Shown in pieces: positions 52,027-61,804 of a stretch of DNA of 64,000 nucleotides. Location of the stretch: positions 2,955,328 through 3,019,327 of the forward strand of contig OY282456.1 of the NCBI GenBank assembly GCA_958296225.1, in the 5' to 3' direction. Made by a program: the position numbers and the translations under genes. Source of the DNA: an uncultured Dehalococcoidia bacterium. GTDB taxonomy: Bacteria; Chloroflexota; Dehalococcoidia; Lucifugimonadales; UBA3495. Each line of letters begins with the position of its first letter. The first letter of the stretch is position 1. The notes beneath the pieces are model-generated. The model was given only the letters and a program-made list of their open reading frames with translations, did not search any database and was not told the origin of the DNA.

Positions 52027-52760
52027 CCCACGGCGATGTCCAGCAGGATGCCGCCCAGCTCCTCCGGCGCGGTGACCATCGGGTCGTGCCCGGTATTGAT
52101 GTGGTGAACGCCCCAGCCGGCGGCGGCGGCGCGTTCGGCTACCGAGTCGAACCCGGATTCGCGGCACAGGACGAACTCGCGGCGCAAGGCGGCGGCCTCC
52201 GGTCGTCCCGTGCGCACCGGCTGGGCAAAAGTCAGCGTGGGTTGTGGGGATAGTCGGGGCAGCATAAACGCCTGGTCGCGCGGGTCGGTGATGGCCCAGC
52301 GCTGGGCGATTTCCGCTCCGGTGGTGGGCGGCGGCATAAATGGTTCGCCATCGGCTATGTGCTGCCGTATGCGCCCCACGAACTCCGGCCCGCGCACTGC
52401 TTCCAGCTGGTCAACCATCGCTTCGCCGTCGGCCGGCGCTACTCCGTTGACATAAACGAGGGCGGCGATGCGCGGCGCGGCCAGTTCGGCGACGCCGGTA
52501 ATCACCATGCCGGCGTAAGCGTGGGCGACCAGGATGGCATTTTCCAAGTCGTGCGATTCCAGCAGGCTAAGGATGTCCTGAATGTGCAAGTCCAGGTTCA
52601 GCACTGCCGGCGGCAGCAGCGCCGCCAGGTGCTGCCGGCCGCCCAGGCCGGTCAGGCTGGGCGTCAGCGCCAAGTGGCCGGCCTGGCGGAGCAGGGGCGC
52701 CGTTTTCCACCAGCACCAGCCGCCGTGCCAGGCGCCGTGAATCAGTACGAAAGTTGCCAT
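52023..52760 (-). CDS. alpha/beta hydrolase (esterase-like)
   Basis: FVLIHGAWHGGWCW, AHAYAG (Ser replaced by Ala), TGHDPM. Confidence 0.85.
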   Translation of the reverse strand: MATFVLIHGAWHGGWCWWKTAPLLRQAGHLALTPSLTGLGGRQHLAALLPPAVLNLDLHIQDILSLLESHDLENAILVAHAYAGMVITGVAELAAPRIAALVYVNGVAPADGEAMVDQLEAVRGPEFVGRIRQHIADGEPFMPPPTTGAEIAQRWAITDPRDQAFMLPRLSPQPTLTFAQPVRTGRPEAAALRREFVLCRESGFDSVAERAAAAGWGVHHINTGHDPMVTAPEELGGILLDIAVG

Positions 52761-52770
52761 ATTGCTGCGC

Positions 52771-53859
52771 CTATAGCACCACTACGGAGCGCAGTACCTC
52801 GCCCCGGCTCATGCGCTCGAACGCCGTCTCCACGTCTCCAATGCCGATGCGCTCGCTTACAAAGGCATCCAGGTCCAGCCGCCCTTGCCGATACAGGTCA
52901 ATGAGCATCGGAAAGTCGCGGGTGGGCAGGCAGTCGCCGTACCAGGAGGATTTGAGAGAGCCGCCCCGCCCGAACACTTCAAGCAACGGCAGCTCAATTT
53001 GCATCGTGGGGTCGGGAACGCCTACCAGCACCACGGTGCCGGCGTGGTCGCGGGCGTAGAAAGCCTGCTCGTAGGTTGCCGGGTTGCCCACCGCCTCGAT
53101 GGCCACGTTGACGCCGTTGCCTCCGGTCAGGGCGCGGATGGCCTCCACCGGCTCCGTCTGCGTGGAGTTGATGGTGTGGGTGGCGCCGAACTCTTTGGCC
53201 CATTCCAGCTTGCGGTCGTCAATGTCCACGGCGATGATGGTGTGGGCGCCGGCCAGCCGGGCGCCGGCGACGGCGGCGTTGCCCACGCCGCCGCAGCCGA
53301 TGACGGCCACGGAATCGCCCCGGCCCACGCCGCCGGTGTTCATGGCGGCGCCCAGGCCGGCCATAACGCCGCAGCCGATAAGTCCCGCCGCCAGGGGGCT
53401 GGCCGCCGGGTCCACCTTGACCGCCTGCAAAGCGTGAACCAGGGTCAGTTCGCAAAAAGCGCCGATGCCCAGCGCCGGCGACAGCGCCGAGCCGTCGGCC
53501 AGGGTCATTTTCTGCTGGGCGTTGTGGCTGGCGAAGCAGTACCAGGGCCGCCCGCGCCGGCAGGAACGGCAATTGCCGCAGGGGGCGCGCCAGGCGAGAA
53601 TCACGAAGTCTCCGGGCTGCACGTTGGTCACGCCGTCGCCGACTTTCTCTACGATGCCGGCCGCCTCGTGTCCCAGCAGGAAGGGGAACTCATCGTTGAT
53701 TGCGCCCTCGCGGTAGTGCAAATCGGTGTGGCACACGCCGCACGCCTGTACCCGCACCAGCGCCTCGCCGGCGCCGGGGTCGGGCACCAGTATGGGCGCC
53801 AGTTCAACGGGCGCGCCCTTCGCCCGCGATATGACCCCTTGCACTTCATTGACTGCCAT
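52771..53859 (-). CDS. S-(hydroxymethyl)mycothiol dehydrogenase-like Zn dehydrogenase
   Basis: [51 protein letters not shown]. Confidence 0.8.
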   Translation of the reverse strand: MAVNEVQGVISRAKGAPVELAPILVPDPGAGEALVRVQACGVCHTDLHYREGAINDEFPFLLGHEAAGIVEKVGDGVTNVQPGDFVILAWRAPCGNCRSCRRGRPWYCFASHNAQQKMTLADGSALSPALGIGAFCELTLVHALQAVKVDPAASPLAAGLIGCGVMAGLGAAMNTGGVGRGDSVAVIGCGGVGNAAVAGARLAGAHTIIAVDIDDRKLEWAKEFGATHTINSTQTEPVEAIRALTGGNGVNVAIEAVGNPATYEQAFYARDHAGTVVLVGVPDPTMQIELPLLEVFGRGGSLKSSWYGDCLPTRDFPMLIDLYRQGRLDLDAFVSERIGIGDVETAFERMSRGEVLRSVVVL

Positions 53860-53966
53860 TGCTGTTCCCTCCGTGTCGGCCTTTCGCAGCGGCCCGCGTT
53901 GCACACGGTATAATGCCTCAACCGATGGCCGCCGTCAAAGCAGGCAGCCGTCACAGCAGGTGAACG

Positions 53967-54938
53967 ATGCCCAAGCGCGTGATTATTGACACCGACCCCG
54001 GCGTGGACGACTGCGCCGCGCTGCTGCTGGCTCTGACCAGCCCCGAATTGCAGGTTGATGCGCTAACGGCCATCTATGGCAATGGCGCAATGGCGCAATG
54101 CGCCGCCAACGCCCGGCTTATCCTCGGCGTCGCCGGCCGCAGCGACATTCCGGTGTATTGGGGAGCGGAGGGGCCGCTGCTCCGCCGACCTAACGCGGGC
54201 TGGGCCGCTCACATCCACGGCGGCGATGCGCTGGGCGGCGCTGGCAGTATTGAAGGGGATACGCCACCGGGCGACGCTGCCATTCCCCAACGCGCGGCGG
54301 TGGAAATTGCCCGGCGCGCATTGGAATCGCCCGGCGAGATTAGCGTGCTGGCGTTAGGCAGAATGACCAACGTGGCCCTGGCCCTGCGCCTCGCCCCGGA
54401 AATTGGCGACGCACTGGCCGCAGTGGTGGTAATGGGCGGCGCGGTCCGGGTTCCGGGCAACGTGTCGCCCGTGGCCACGGCCAACCTGTATGAAGACCCG
54501 GAGTCGGCGGCGATTTTGTATGACTCCGGCGTGCCGGTCGTGCAGGTGGGCCTTGACGTTTGCGACCGTTGCGGTTTCTCCGACGCACAGTTTGAGCGGT
54601 TGCGGGAGTGTTCGGCGGCGGCGGTGCAATTGCTGGTGTCGGCATCGGCATATACGCAGGGCGCGTACCGCCGCTTGGGTCGTCTGGCGGACGGCGAGGC
54701 GGTACGCTACAACGACGTGCCGGCGGTGGCCTACGCCATTGACTCTACGCTGCTGGAAACGCCGCGGCTGCCGGTGGCGATTGACGTCGGCAGCGACTTG
54801 ACCCGCGGCCAGACGGTGGTGGATTGGTACGGGATGACCGGGCGGGCGGCCAACGTCGCTGTGTGTCTGGACGTGGACGCGGCCCGGCTGACGGAGATGG
54901 TGGTGGAGCGACTGGTCAATCATCCCTGGCCGGGGTGA
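53967..54938 (+). CDS. inosine/uridine-preferring nucleoside hydrolase family
   Basis: IIDTDPGVDD, HG.D.LG, TNVA, RGQTVVD. Confidence 0.9.
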   Translation: MPKRVIIDTDPGVDDCAALLLALTSPELQVDALTAIYGNGAMAQCAANARLILGVAGRSDIPVYWGAEGPLLRRPNAGWAAHIHGGDALGGAGSIEGDTPPGDAAIPQRAAVEIARRALESPGEISVLALGRMTNVALALRLAPEIGDALAAVVVMGGAVRVPGNVSPVATANLYEDPESAAILYDSGVPVVQVGLDVCDRCGFSDAQFERLRECSAAAVQLLVSASAYTQGAYRRLGRLADGEAVRYNDVPAVAYAIDSTLLETPRLPVAIDVGSDLTRGQTVVDWYGMTGRAANVAVCLDVDAARLTEMVVERLVNHPWPG

Positions 54939-54958
54939 AATTGCGCCGGCAAAAAAGC

Positions 54959-54984
54959 GGGGCAACCCTTGTGGTTGCCCCTAC
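54959..54984 (-). repeat. GTAG-type REP-like hairpin
   Basis: Reverse complement GTAGGGGCAACCACAAGGGTTGCCCC. Confidence 0.6.
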
Positions 54985-55008
54985 CACACGGCTCCCGTAG
55001 ATAGTGAA

Positions 55009-55482
55009 TCAGCCCAGAGCGGCCACGGCGGCCTGCACTTCGGCGTAATCAGGCTCGACGCCGGGGCTGTCGGATACCCAGTGATAGCGGACGATGCCCG
55101 CTCCGTCAACGATGGTTACGGCCCGCTTGGCGGCCACGTAGCCTTGCATCCCGGCCAATCCGGGCAGCGCCACGTCGTAGGCGTTCACCACTTCCCGGTT
55201 GAAGTCGCTGAGGAAGGTGTAGCCAACGTTGTTGGCGGCTTTCCAGGCGGCCTGAGCGAAGGGCGGGTCAACGGTGATGCCGATGACTTCGGCGTTCATA
55301 GAGCTGAACTGGTCAATGCGGTCGCGGAGGGCGCACATTTCGGTGGTGCAGACGCCGGTGAACGCGCCGGGGAAGAAGGCGAGGACGACGTTCCGGCCCC
55401 GGTAATCGCTGAGGCTGCGCTGCTGCTGCGGGGTTTCGTGGAGGGTAAAGTCGGGGGCGGCCTGCCCTACGGTGATAGCCAT
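55009..55482 (-). CDS. peroxiredoxin (AhpC/TSA family)
   Basis: APDFTL, FFPGAFTGVCTTEMC, LSDF. Confidence 0.9.
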   Translation of the reverse strand: MAITVGQAAPDFTLHETPQQQRSLSDYRGRNVVLAFFPGAFTGVCTTEMCALRDRIDQFSSMNAEVIGITVDPPFAQAAWKAANNVGYTFLSDFNREVVNAYDVALPGLAGMQGYVAAKRAVTIVDGAGIVRYHWVSDSPGVEPDYAEVQAAVAALG

Positions 55483-55845
55483 AATTGAGAACCTCCGGGT
55501 TGAGAGTGGCTGGGAATGCGGTAGTTGCAACGCTACCGCCAATGCTTTAACCGGCGACAACGATTGGGTATGTTACCACAGGCCGGCAAGTATGTTCCGG
55601 GCGGCGGAGCGGCCAAAAATTTGGCGGCTGCCAGCCCTCTCTGCCCAAAAATTTGGGGCGGCTCAACAGCCGCCCTGGATTGTAATAACCTAGGGTGCGT
55701 GACACGGACGCCAGGGAATATTTCTACAGACGTTAGCGCATCTGCGCCACGCTGTCAAGCGTAATTTTGCGGTTGATGCAGCGATACAGCCCGCCGTGCT
55801 AAACTGGCCGCCACTCTGCGACCGCACAAATTCGGAGCCGTCCTC

Positions 55846-57447
55846 ATGTTTTTCAACTCCCGCCGTTCCACCGTTCACGCCACCCACGGCATGGTTGCCA
55901 CCAGCCAGCCCCTGGCCGCCGTGGCCGGCCTCCGCGTCCTGATGGCCGGGGGCAATGCCGTTGATGCTGCGGTGACGGCGGCGGCCACGCTAAACGTGGT
56001 GGAGCCGATGTCCACCGGCGTCGGCGGCGACGTGTTCGCGCTCATCTGGAGGGCGGCGGACCAAGCGGTGGTGGCCCTGAACGGCAGCGGGCGCGCGCCC
56101 CGGGCCGCCAGCATTGACGATTTGCGCGCCCGGGGGCACCGGCGGATGCCCGCTTTCGGGCCTCTGTCCATCTCGGTGCCGGGCACGGTTCACGGCTGGG
56201 AGATGTTGCTGGATGCGGAAGGCACGATCAGCCTGGCCGACGCCCTGCAACCGGCTATTGACTATGCCGAGCAGGGCTTTCCGGTTAGCGACATCATCGG
56301 CTTCCAGTGGCAGCAGCAGGAGGACAAGCTGGCGGCGCTGCCGTCGGGGCAGGAGCTGCTGGTGAATGGCCGCGCGCCGCGCGAAGGCGAGTTGATGCGC
56401 CTGCCGACGCTGGCGAAAACGCTGCGGGCGGTTGCCGAAGGCGGCAGCGCGGCGTTTTACAATGGGCCAATCGCCAGAGCTATGGCCGATTTTGTGCAAG
56501 AGCAGGGCGGCTGGCTGTCCGAAAATGACCTGGCGGCGCACCATTCCGATTGGGATGAACCCATCAAAACCGATTACCGCGGCGTAACCTGCTGGGAGTG
56601 TCCGCCCAACGGCCAGGGCATCATCGCGCTGGAGGCATTGAACATCGTTGAAGGGTTCGATATCGCCGGCATGGGGCCGCAAAGCGCCGACCGCTATCAT
56701 CATCTCATTGAGGCGACGCGGCTGGGCTTCGCCGACGCCTTTGAGTATCTGGCCGACCCCCGCTGCGCCGAAGTTCCGGTTGCGCTGTGGACATCCCAAG
56801 AGTATGCCGACGGACGCCGTGGCCTGATTGACCCGGCGCGGGCCATGGACACCGTCCCCTACGGCAAAATGACGCCTGGCAGCGATACGGTTTATATCAG
56901 CGTGGTTGACGGCGCGGGCAACGCCTGTTCCCTCATCAACAGCGTGTTCGCCAACTTCGGCTCCGGCCTGGTGGTGCCCGGGGCTGGCATTGTGCTGCAT
57001 AACCGGGCTTCGCTGTTCAGCGTCAACCCGGAGCATCCCAACGCCCTGGCCGGCGGCAAGCGTCCCTTCCACACCATCATACCCGCGCTGGCGACTCGCA
57101 ACGGCGAGCTGTGGCTCAGCTATGGTGTGATGGGCGGGTTTATGCAGCCCCAGGGCCATTTGCAGGTTATCACCAATATGGTTGACTTTGGCATGGACGC
57201 GCAGGCGGCGCTGGACGCCCTGCGGTTCCAGGTGGCGGGAGACGCCGTTTGGCTGGAGGGAGACGTGGACAACGACGTGGTGGCGGGTTTGCATCGCCGG
57301 GGCCACCGGGTCAACGTGATGCACGGCCCGCAGCGGGGCGGCGCCGGCGGCATGGGCGGCGGCCAGGTTATCAGCCGCGACCCCGAAAGCGGCGTATTGA
57401 GCGGCGGCAGCGAACCGCGCAAGGACGGCGCGGCAGTGGGCTGGTAA
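55846..57447 (+). CDS. ggt: gamma-glutamyltransferase
   Basis: GGNAVDAA, SVPG, DTVY..VVD..GNA, KRPFHT, GVMGG.MQPQ, PRKDG. Confidence 0.95.
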   Translation: MFFNSRRSTVHATHGMVATSQPLAAVAGLRVLMAGGNAVDAAVTAAATLNVVEPMSTGVGGDVFALIWRAADQAVVALNGSGRAPRAASIDDLRARGHRRMPAFGPLSISVPGTVHGWEMLLDAEGTISLADALQPAIDYAEQGFPVSDIIGFQWQQQEDKLAALPSGQELLVNGRAPREGELMRLPTLAKTLRAVAEGGSAAFYNGPIARAMADFVQEQGGWLSENDLAAHHSDWDEPIKTDYRGVTCWECPPNGQGIIALEALNIVEGFDIAGMGPQSADRYHHLIEATRLGFADAFEYLADPRCAEVPVALWTSQEYADGRRGLIDPARAMDTVPYGKMTPGSDTVYISVVDGAGNACSLINSVFANFGSGLVVPGAGIVLHNRASLFSVNPEHPNALAGGKRPFHTIIPALATRNGELWLSYGVMGGFMQPQGHLQVITNMVDFGMDAQAALDALRFQVAGDAVWLEGDVDNDVVAGLHRRGHRVNVMHGPQRGGAGGMGGGQVISRDPESGVLSGGSEPRKDGAAVGW

Positions 57448-57751
57448 CGGCCTTTGAACCGGGCCGAGCGGGATTCCGGCGCCGGGCGGCTTACTGTTCA
57501 CAATACCAATATCCCGCCCCGCCTCACTAATATTCTAACGACCGGGATTACCGGTCCGTCGCCAGTTTGGCCGCCGGAGACGGCTTGCCGAGTCCCGGCG
57601 GCGGCGGCCGGTTCTTGCTGTGGCCGCCCTTTCGTCCGCATCAGGACGGGCCAACGGATTCCCGACGCGGAGCGCACCGTCCGTCCGGCCGAGTTTGCGG
57701 TGGGCCAGTAGCGCGGACGGTCTGACCGGAGAATTGCCCGGTCGGTCAGGG

Positions 57752-58144
57752 CTATTTTGCCAGCCAGCGGCGCAAGCGCTGCCAGGCCCCCGGCGGCTCC
57801 TCTGCCACCGGCCGGCCCCGCCAATGCTGCTGCGGCTGCGAGCCCAGGCGCTGGATGAACATCCAGCCGATGGCCGCAATCATAATCACCAGGCCGGCCA
57901 GCGACAGCCAGGTCACTTTCACCGGCAGCAGCAGGCCCAGCACCGCCAAGACCGCGCCCGCCAACGCCAGTTTGGTGGGCGAAATCAAGCGTATGCGCCG
58001 CCGCGGGCGCGGCGTGAATGGGGATGGCTGGTCGTCCGGCGGCGGGACATCATCGGGAGCGGGAACGCGGGCCGGGTCGGGCGGCGCGGATTCCAGCTCG
58101 CTCAGCAGCTGCTCGATTTCCTGTTCGTAGCGGTCTTTCATCAT
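57752..58144 (-). CDS. small membrane protein, hypothetical
   Basis: DRYEQEIEQLL N-terminus, two TM helices, WRGR motif. Confidence 0.7.
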   Translation of the reverse strand: MMKDRYEQEIEQLLSELESAPPDPARVPAPDDVPPPDDQPSPFTPRPRRRIRLISPTKLALAGAVLAVLGLLLPVKVTWLSLAGLVIMIAAIGWMFIQRLGSQPQQHWRGRPVAEEPPGAWQRLRRWLAK

Positions 58145-58412
58145 CGCACTTCCCCTGGCCAAGCGGCGTCCGTCATCGTGTTGCCGGCAGATTATAACCC
58201 GGCAGAGGCGATTGCGTAACCGTTCCGGCAGTGGCGCAGCCCGTGCGCAAATGTCACTGGTGCGCTGCCGAGGGGGGCAGGCAGCGTTCCGTTTCGGGTG
58301 GTTTGGCTATTCCTCTGGGGTGGTGGGTGAGGTGGTGGGCTGGGTTCATTGGCGATGCTCCTTGCTGGTTCAGGGGGTCGGGGTTCGGCGGTTGGCGGGA
58401 TATGGTGTGCGG

Positions 58413-58637
58413 GCCAGAGGTTACCGGTCATTGTCAGCCCCACGGCCGGGGGATTTACGCAAAGTTTTGCTCCGATGGTTCGTGAACTGCGCTTTTAAGG
58501 GCGCAGCCACGCAGCGCGGTGGCAGTCGCTGTTGGCCGGTTAGACCGTACTCGCGTAAGCATTGGACGAGGGGTCTCCACGACGCCGGTATGCGATTTTA
58601 GTGCTGACTGGCCGTTGACGACCGGTTGACCTCTGGC
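58413..58637 (-). ncRNA. putative structured ncRNA carried by the MITE, copy 2
   Basis: Same closing helix and core as copy 1; promoter at 58665-58693. Confidence 0.55.
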
Positions 58638-58664
58638 TGGACTGGGATTCACGTGATAGATTGC

Positions 58665-58693
58665 AGTATAGTACCGATGTTCGCGGTTGTCAA
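58665..58693 (-). promoter_or_regulatory. sigma70 promoter inside MITE copy 2
   Basis: TTGACA-N17-TATACT. Confidence 0.8.
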
Positions 58694-58852
58694 AGGGAGT
58701 TGGTCAGCAAAGTGCGGGCGGCGGGTTTTGCGGGCGCCGGAGCGAGAGTGCTGCCTCTCTCCCAACCCTCTCCCACGAGGGGAGGGGGCTTTAATGACTT
58801 TGCAAAGCCCCGACCGCCGGCAACGGAACGCTGCCGAGGGGGGCAATGGGGG

Positions 58853-58881
58853 TTGACAGAAACGCTATTTTGTGCTAACTT
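58853..58881 (+). promoter_or_regulatory. putative promoter for the tail-tube-like genes
   Basis: TTGACA-N17-TAACTT with TG extension. Confidence 0.55.
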
Positions 58882-58976
58882 CTAGGTACGTTGAGCCAGA
58901 GCGACAGCGTTGCCGCCAATAGAGGGCCGCCAAACCTGCGCCGGAGCCAACAAATTACATCGGAGGTGAGCCACTC

Positions 58977-59396
58977 ATGGCTACCCAACTGGCCGCGTAT
59001 GACGCGGCACCCCTGCCCCCGCCCTCCCCGGCCCCGCTGGCCGTTTATCTCGTGGAGGACGGCGTGCCTGTTGAAATCGCCGGCGTCGACGACTTCGACA
59101 TTACCGTGGAGAACCCCACGTCCGAGCAGGCTGATGCTCCCGAACTGGACATCACCCTCAACTACGACCCGGCGAACCCCCAGCATCAAGCCCTGCTGAA
59201 CGCCGGCAATGGGGGCATTGTCACTGTCCGCGTCGCCACTCGCGACCCCCGGGGCGTGGCGGTGGCCTGCCGGGAGCTGGACTGCACCGTAGTCCGCTAC
59301 CGCCTCTCGATGGACGAGCGTTTCCGCGACGACACCAAGACCGCCAGGGTCAACTTTGACCTGGAAGGCGTCGGCGAGATGCGCGTCGTCGGTTAA
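58977..59396 (+). CDS. phage tail-tube-like protein, paralog A
   Basis: GGAGG RBS; ELDITLNYDPANPQHQALLNA resembles a siphophage tube motif. Confidence 0.6.
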   Translation: MATQLAAYDAAPLPPPSPAPLAVYLVEDGVPVEIAGVDDFDITVENPTSEQADAPELDITLNYDPANPQHQALLNAGNGGIVTVRVATRDPRGVAVACRELDCTVVRYRLSMDERFRDDTKTARVNFDLEGVGEMRVVG

Positions 59397-59654
59397 CCGT
59401 CCGGCGGGAGTCCGGCCGGGGAGGGCGTATCACGCCCCCCAAGCCGGTCGGAGCGGCAGCGGCGGTGCGCTTTCCCTGGCGCAGTGCTGGCCCTCAGCGT
59501 CCTCCCGTACCCGGTACGTCCTGGCCCAGCGCCGGCAGAGGCCGGCGCCAGGGCGAGGACGGCCGTAGGCCGGACTCCCCCTTTCGCAAAACGCCGCGTC
59601 CCTGTCCGGCGCGGGCGCGGCGTTCCCTGGCCCAACTTTTGCGAGGAATCTGTT

Positions 59655-60128
59655 ATGACTGCACCAACCAACCCCGACCCCATCGTCATCTACCTGGTGG
59701 ACGGCGACCGGGTCGTGCCGATTCCCGGCCTCGTGGACTTCAACCTCACGGTGGAGAACCCGGAGGTGAACGAGGAACGCGACGACAACCGCCGCCGCGT
59801 GAACCCGCGCCGGGCGCAGCAGCTGCGCCGCCGCCGCCGCGCCAACCCCGGCGACATTTCCCTGACCCTGGACTACAACCCGCTGGACCAGGTGCACCGG
59901 AAACTGCTGGACGCCGGCGGGGATGACATCCTGCTTACCCTCCGCATCGTGGCGCGGGATGCCGGGGGGCAGACGGTACGGGCGCGGGAAGTGGACTGCT
60001 CCGTGCTGCGCTACACCTTGTCCTGCCGCCAGACGCGGCGCCGGCGGATGCTGGAAGAGGGCCGGATTTACTCCTGTGAGGCCGACCTGCGCCTGCAGCG
60101 GCACGGCGACTTCTACAGCGTTATGTAG
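59655..60128 (+). CDS. phage tail-tube-like protein, paralog B, with Arg-rich loop
   Basis: Aligns to paralog A (IYLVDG, DFNLTVENP, GDISLTLDYNP, RE.DC.V.RY.LS). Confidence 0.6.
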   Translation: MTAPTNPDPIVIYLVDGDRVVPIPGLVDFNLTVENPEVNEERDDNRRRVNPRRAQQLRRRRRANPGDISLTLDYNPLDQVHRKLLDAGGDDILLTLRIVARDAGGQTVRAREVDCSVLRYTLSCRQTRRRRMLEEGRIYSCEADLRLQRHGDFYSVM

Positions 60129-60219
60129 CCGGATTGCAGGAGACGAAATTGATTAGCGCCACCATCATCTCCGTTGCGGCGCAGCCCCAACGGAACGGCA
60201 GCACAACACAGGAGGAGCT

Positions 60220-60501
60220 ATGCCAAAGTGGCTGAAAGTCATCATCTCCATCATCGCCATCGCAGTCGCGCTATTTGTCGTCGGGAGTTGCGTGGCCGAT
60301 TCCGACGGCAGCGCAGAAATCGCCGAAATGTGCCGGGAGTACCGGGAAATCTACCTCGCCTTGCGTTTGTCGGGGCATTCCGAGCAGGAAATAATGCAAG
60401 CTGTGGCGTTGCAACGGGCCGAAAATGAAGGCATTTCGGTGGCGGAAGCGCGGCAGCGAGCTGAGGGGTTCAACGAAGTTTGCGCGGAGCTTGCGCGATA
60501 A
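60220..60501 (+). CDS. small secreted or membrane-anchored hypothetical protein
   Basis: AGGAGG RBS, N-terminal hydrophobic helix, Cys pair. Confidence 0.65.
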   Translation: MPKWLKVIISIIAIAVALFVVGSCVADSDGSAEIAEMCREYREIYLALRLSGHSEQEIMQAVALQRAENEGISVAEARQRAEGFNEVCAELAR

Positions 60502-60740
60502 GTCCGGCGCCGTCGCCCTGATTCCGGCAGCCCTGGAACAGCCGGCGGCGCCAGCATACTAGCCTGCTAATCCAGCAGTATGCGATGGCAAAGCGCGTCA
60601 GCGATGCGCAAAGAGACCAGTCAATCCACCCCACCGCCCGGGGCAGCCTTCGCGCTGCGGGGGTATGCCCTGGCCGTGGTGTCCCAATGACCGGCGACGG
60701 AAAACCTGATTACACACGCCCACGCTGGAGGCTAACCGCG

Positions 60741-61313
60741 ATGGCCGAATATACTCCTCTCCAAATTACCGCCCTCTGCATCCCCCAGGACGAACTGGAG
60801 GCCGCCGCCTCCAGGGTTGACGTCTGGGCGACGCAGCTGCAGACCGGCTATTTTGAAGACGATGACAGTCTGTATTTCGTCTACTACGAAATGCCCGAAC
60901 CGCTGGAACCCCGCCTGGCCGCTCTGCGCGGGCTGCGGGAACGGATGACGGCCCTGGTGGAAGGGATGGACGACCACTCCGGCATTTTCAGCGACGCCAT
61001 TAAGGAGGAGTACCCCTACTACGTCGAAGATTTTTACGACAACCCGGAATTCGCCGACGTCATCAGCTTCTGGCACCGTTTTCCCCTCACGTGGGATAGT
61101 GACTTGGGGGCTATGTACTTGCGGGAATCCGCCCAGTACATCAACGCCTGGGCGACGGCTGTGCTGCCGGTCAAGGACGAACTGCCCGCAAACTTGCAGG
61201 AACTGCTGCAATCGCTGGTGGGCATCGACACCGAAGTGGACGAGCTGATTGATGCCCTGGACGCTGCGCTGTGCACGACGACCGGCGGGGGCTTTAACGC
61301 CGAAATGCGGTAG
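60741..61313 (+). CDS. acidic hypothetical protein
   Basis: GGAGG RBS, coding-like GC3 bias. Confidence 0.65.
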   Translation: MAEYTPLQITALCIPQDELEAAASRVDVWATQLQTGYFEDDDSLYFVYYEMPEPLEPRLAALRGLRERMTALVEGMDDHSGIFSDAIKEEYPYYVEDFYDNPEFADVISFWHRFPLTWDSDLGAMYLRESAQYINAWATAVLPVKDELPANLQELLQSLVGIDTEVDELIDALDAALCTTTGGGFNAEMR

Positions 61314-61804
61314 GGACGCGGAAAGCCGGGGCCGTTTTGCGGCTGATTGCTGCAAAGCGGCCCAATGCAAAGGCCGCGCTCAAAATGATGATTACCATTT
61401 TGGAAGCGGTGATGATTGAGGCGTTCATCCCGCCGCTGAACGATAAGGGCGGCGACCTGATGGGTACGATGTATCGCCAGATTGAAGACCCGTCGCTGGT
61501 TGAGCAGCGCGATGTGGAACTGCGTCGGATGGTAGGGCGGGCGTTGGCGGGCTGACTCCAAGACGCCCGTTCACTACGATAGCCGCCGTATCAGATTGCC
61601 CCCAATTGATGCAAGGCAGACCGGAGAAACGACGGCCAGCCCGCGCTTGATACGGGGCCACTGCGGCGGCCGGGGCGGGTTGATTGACAGGATATGCTGC
61701 CGGGGGCAGAATGGGCCTCAATCCCGGGGCGGCCCATCGCCCCGTCCGCTGCCACTTGGATGGGAATGCACCGGCTGCATTCTCATATAGAGGAGGACCT
61801 GATT

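Larger units (their letters stand above)
58280..58835. mobile_element. MITE-like element copy 2 (intact)
   Basis: 14-bp IRs GGCAGCGTTCCGTT/AACGGAACGCTGCC; direct repeat GAGGGGGGCA at 58270-58279 and 58836-58845. Confidence 0.88.

Noticed and set aside
57454-57750. Short ORFs between ggt and the membrane protein gene
   Set aside because: No clear RBS, motif or coding bias
58977-61555. Prophage call
   Set aside because: No integrase, terminase, capsid or att-like repeats
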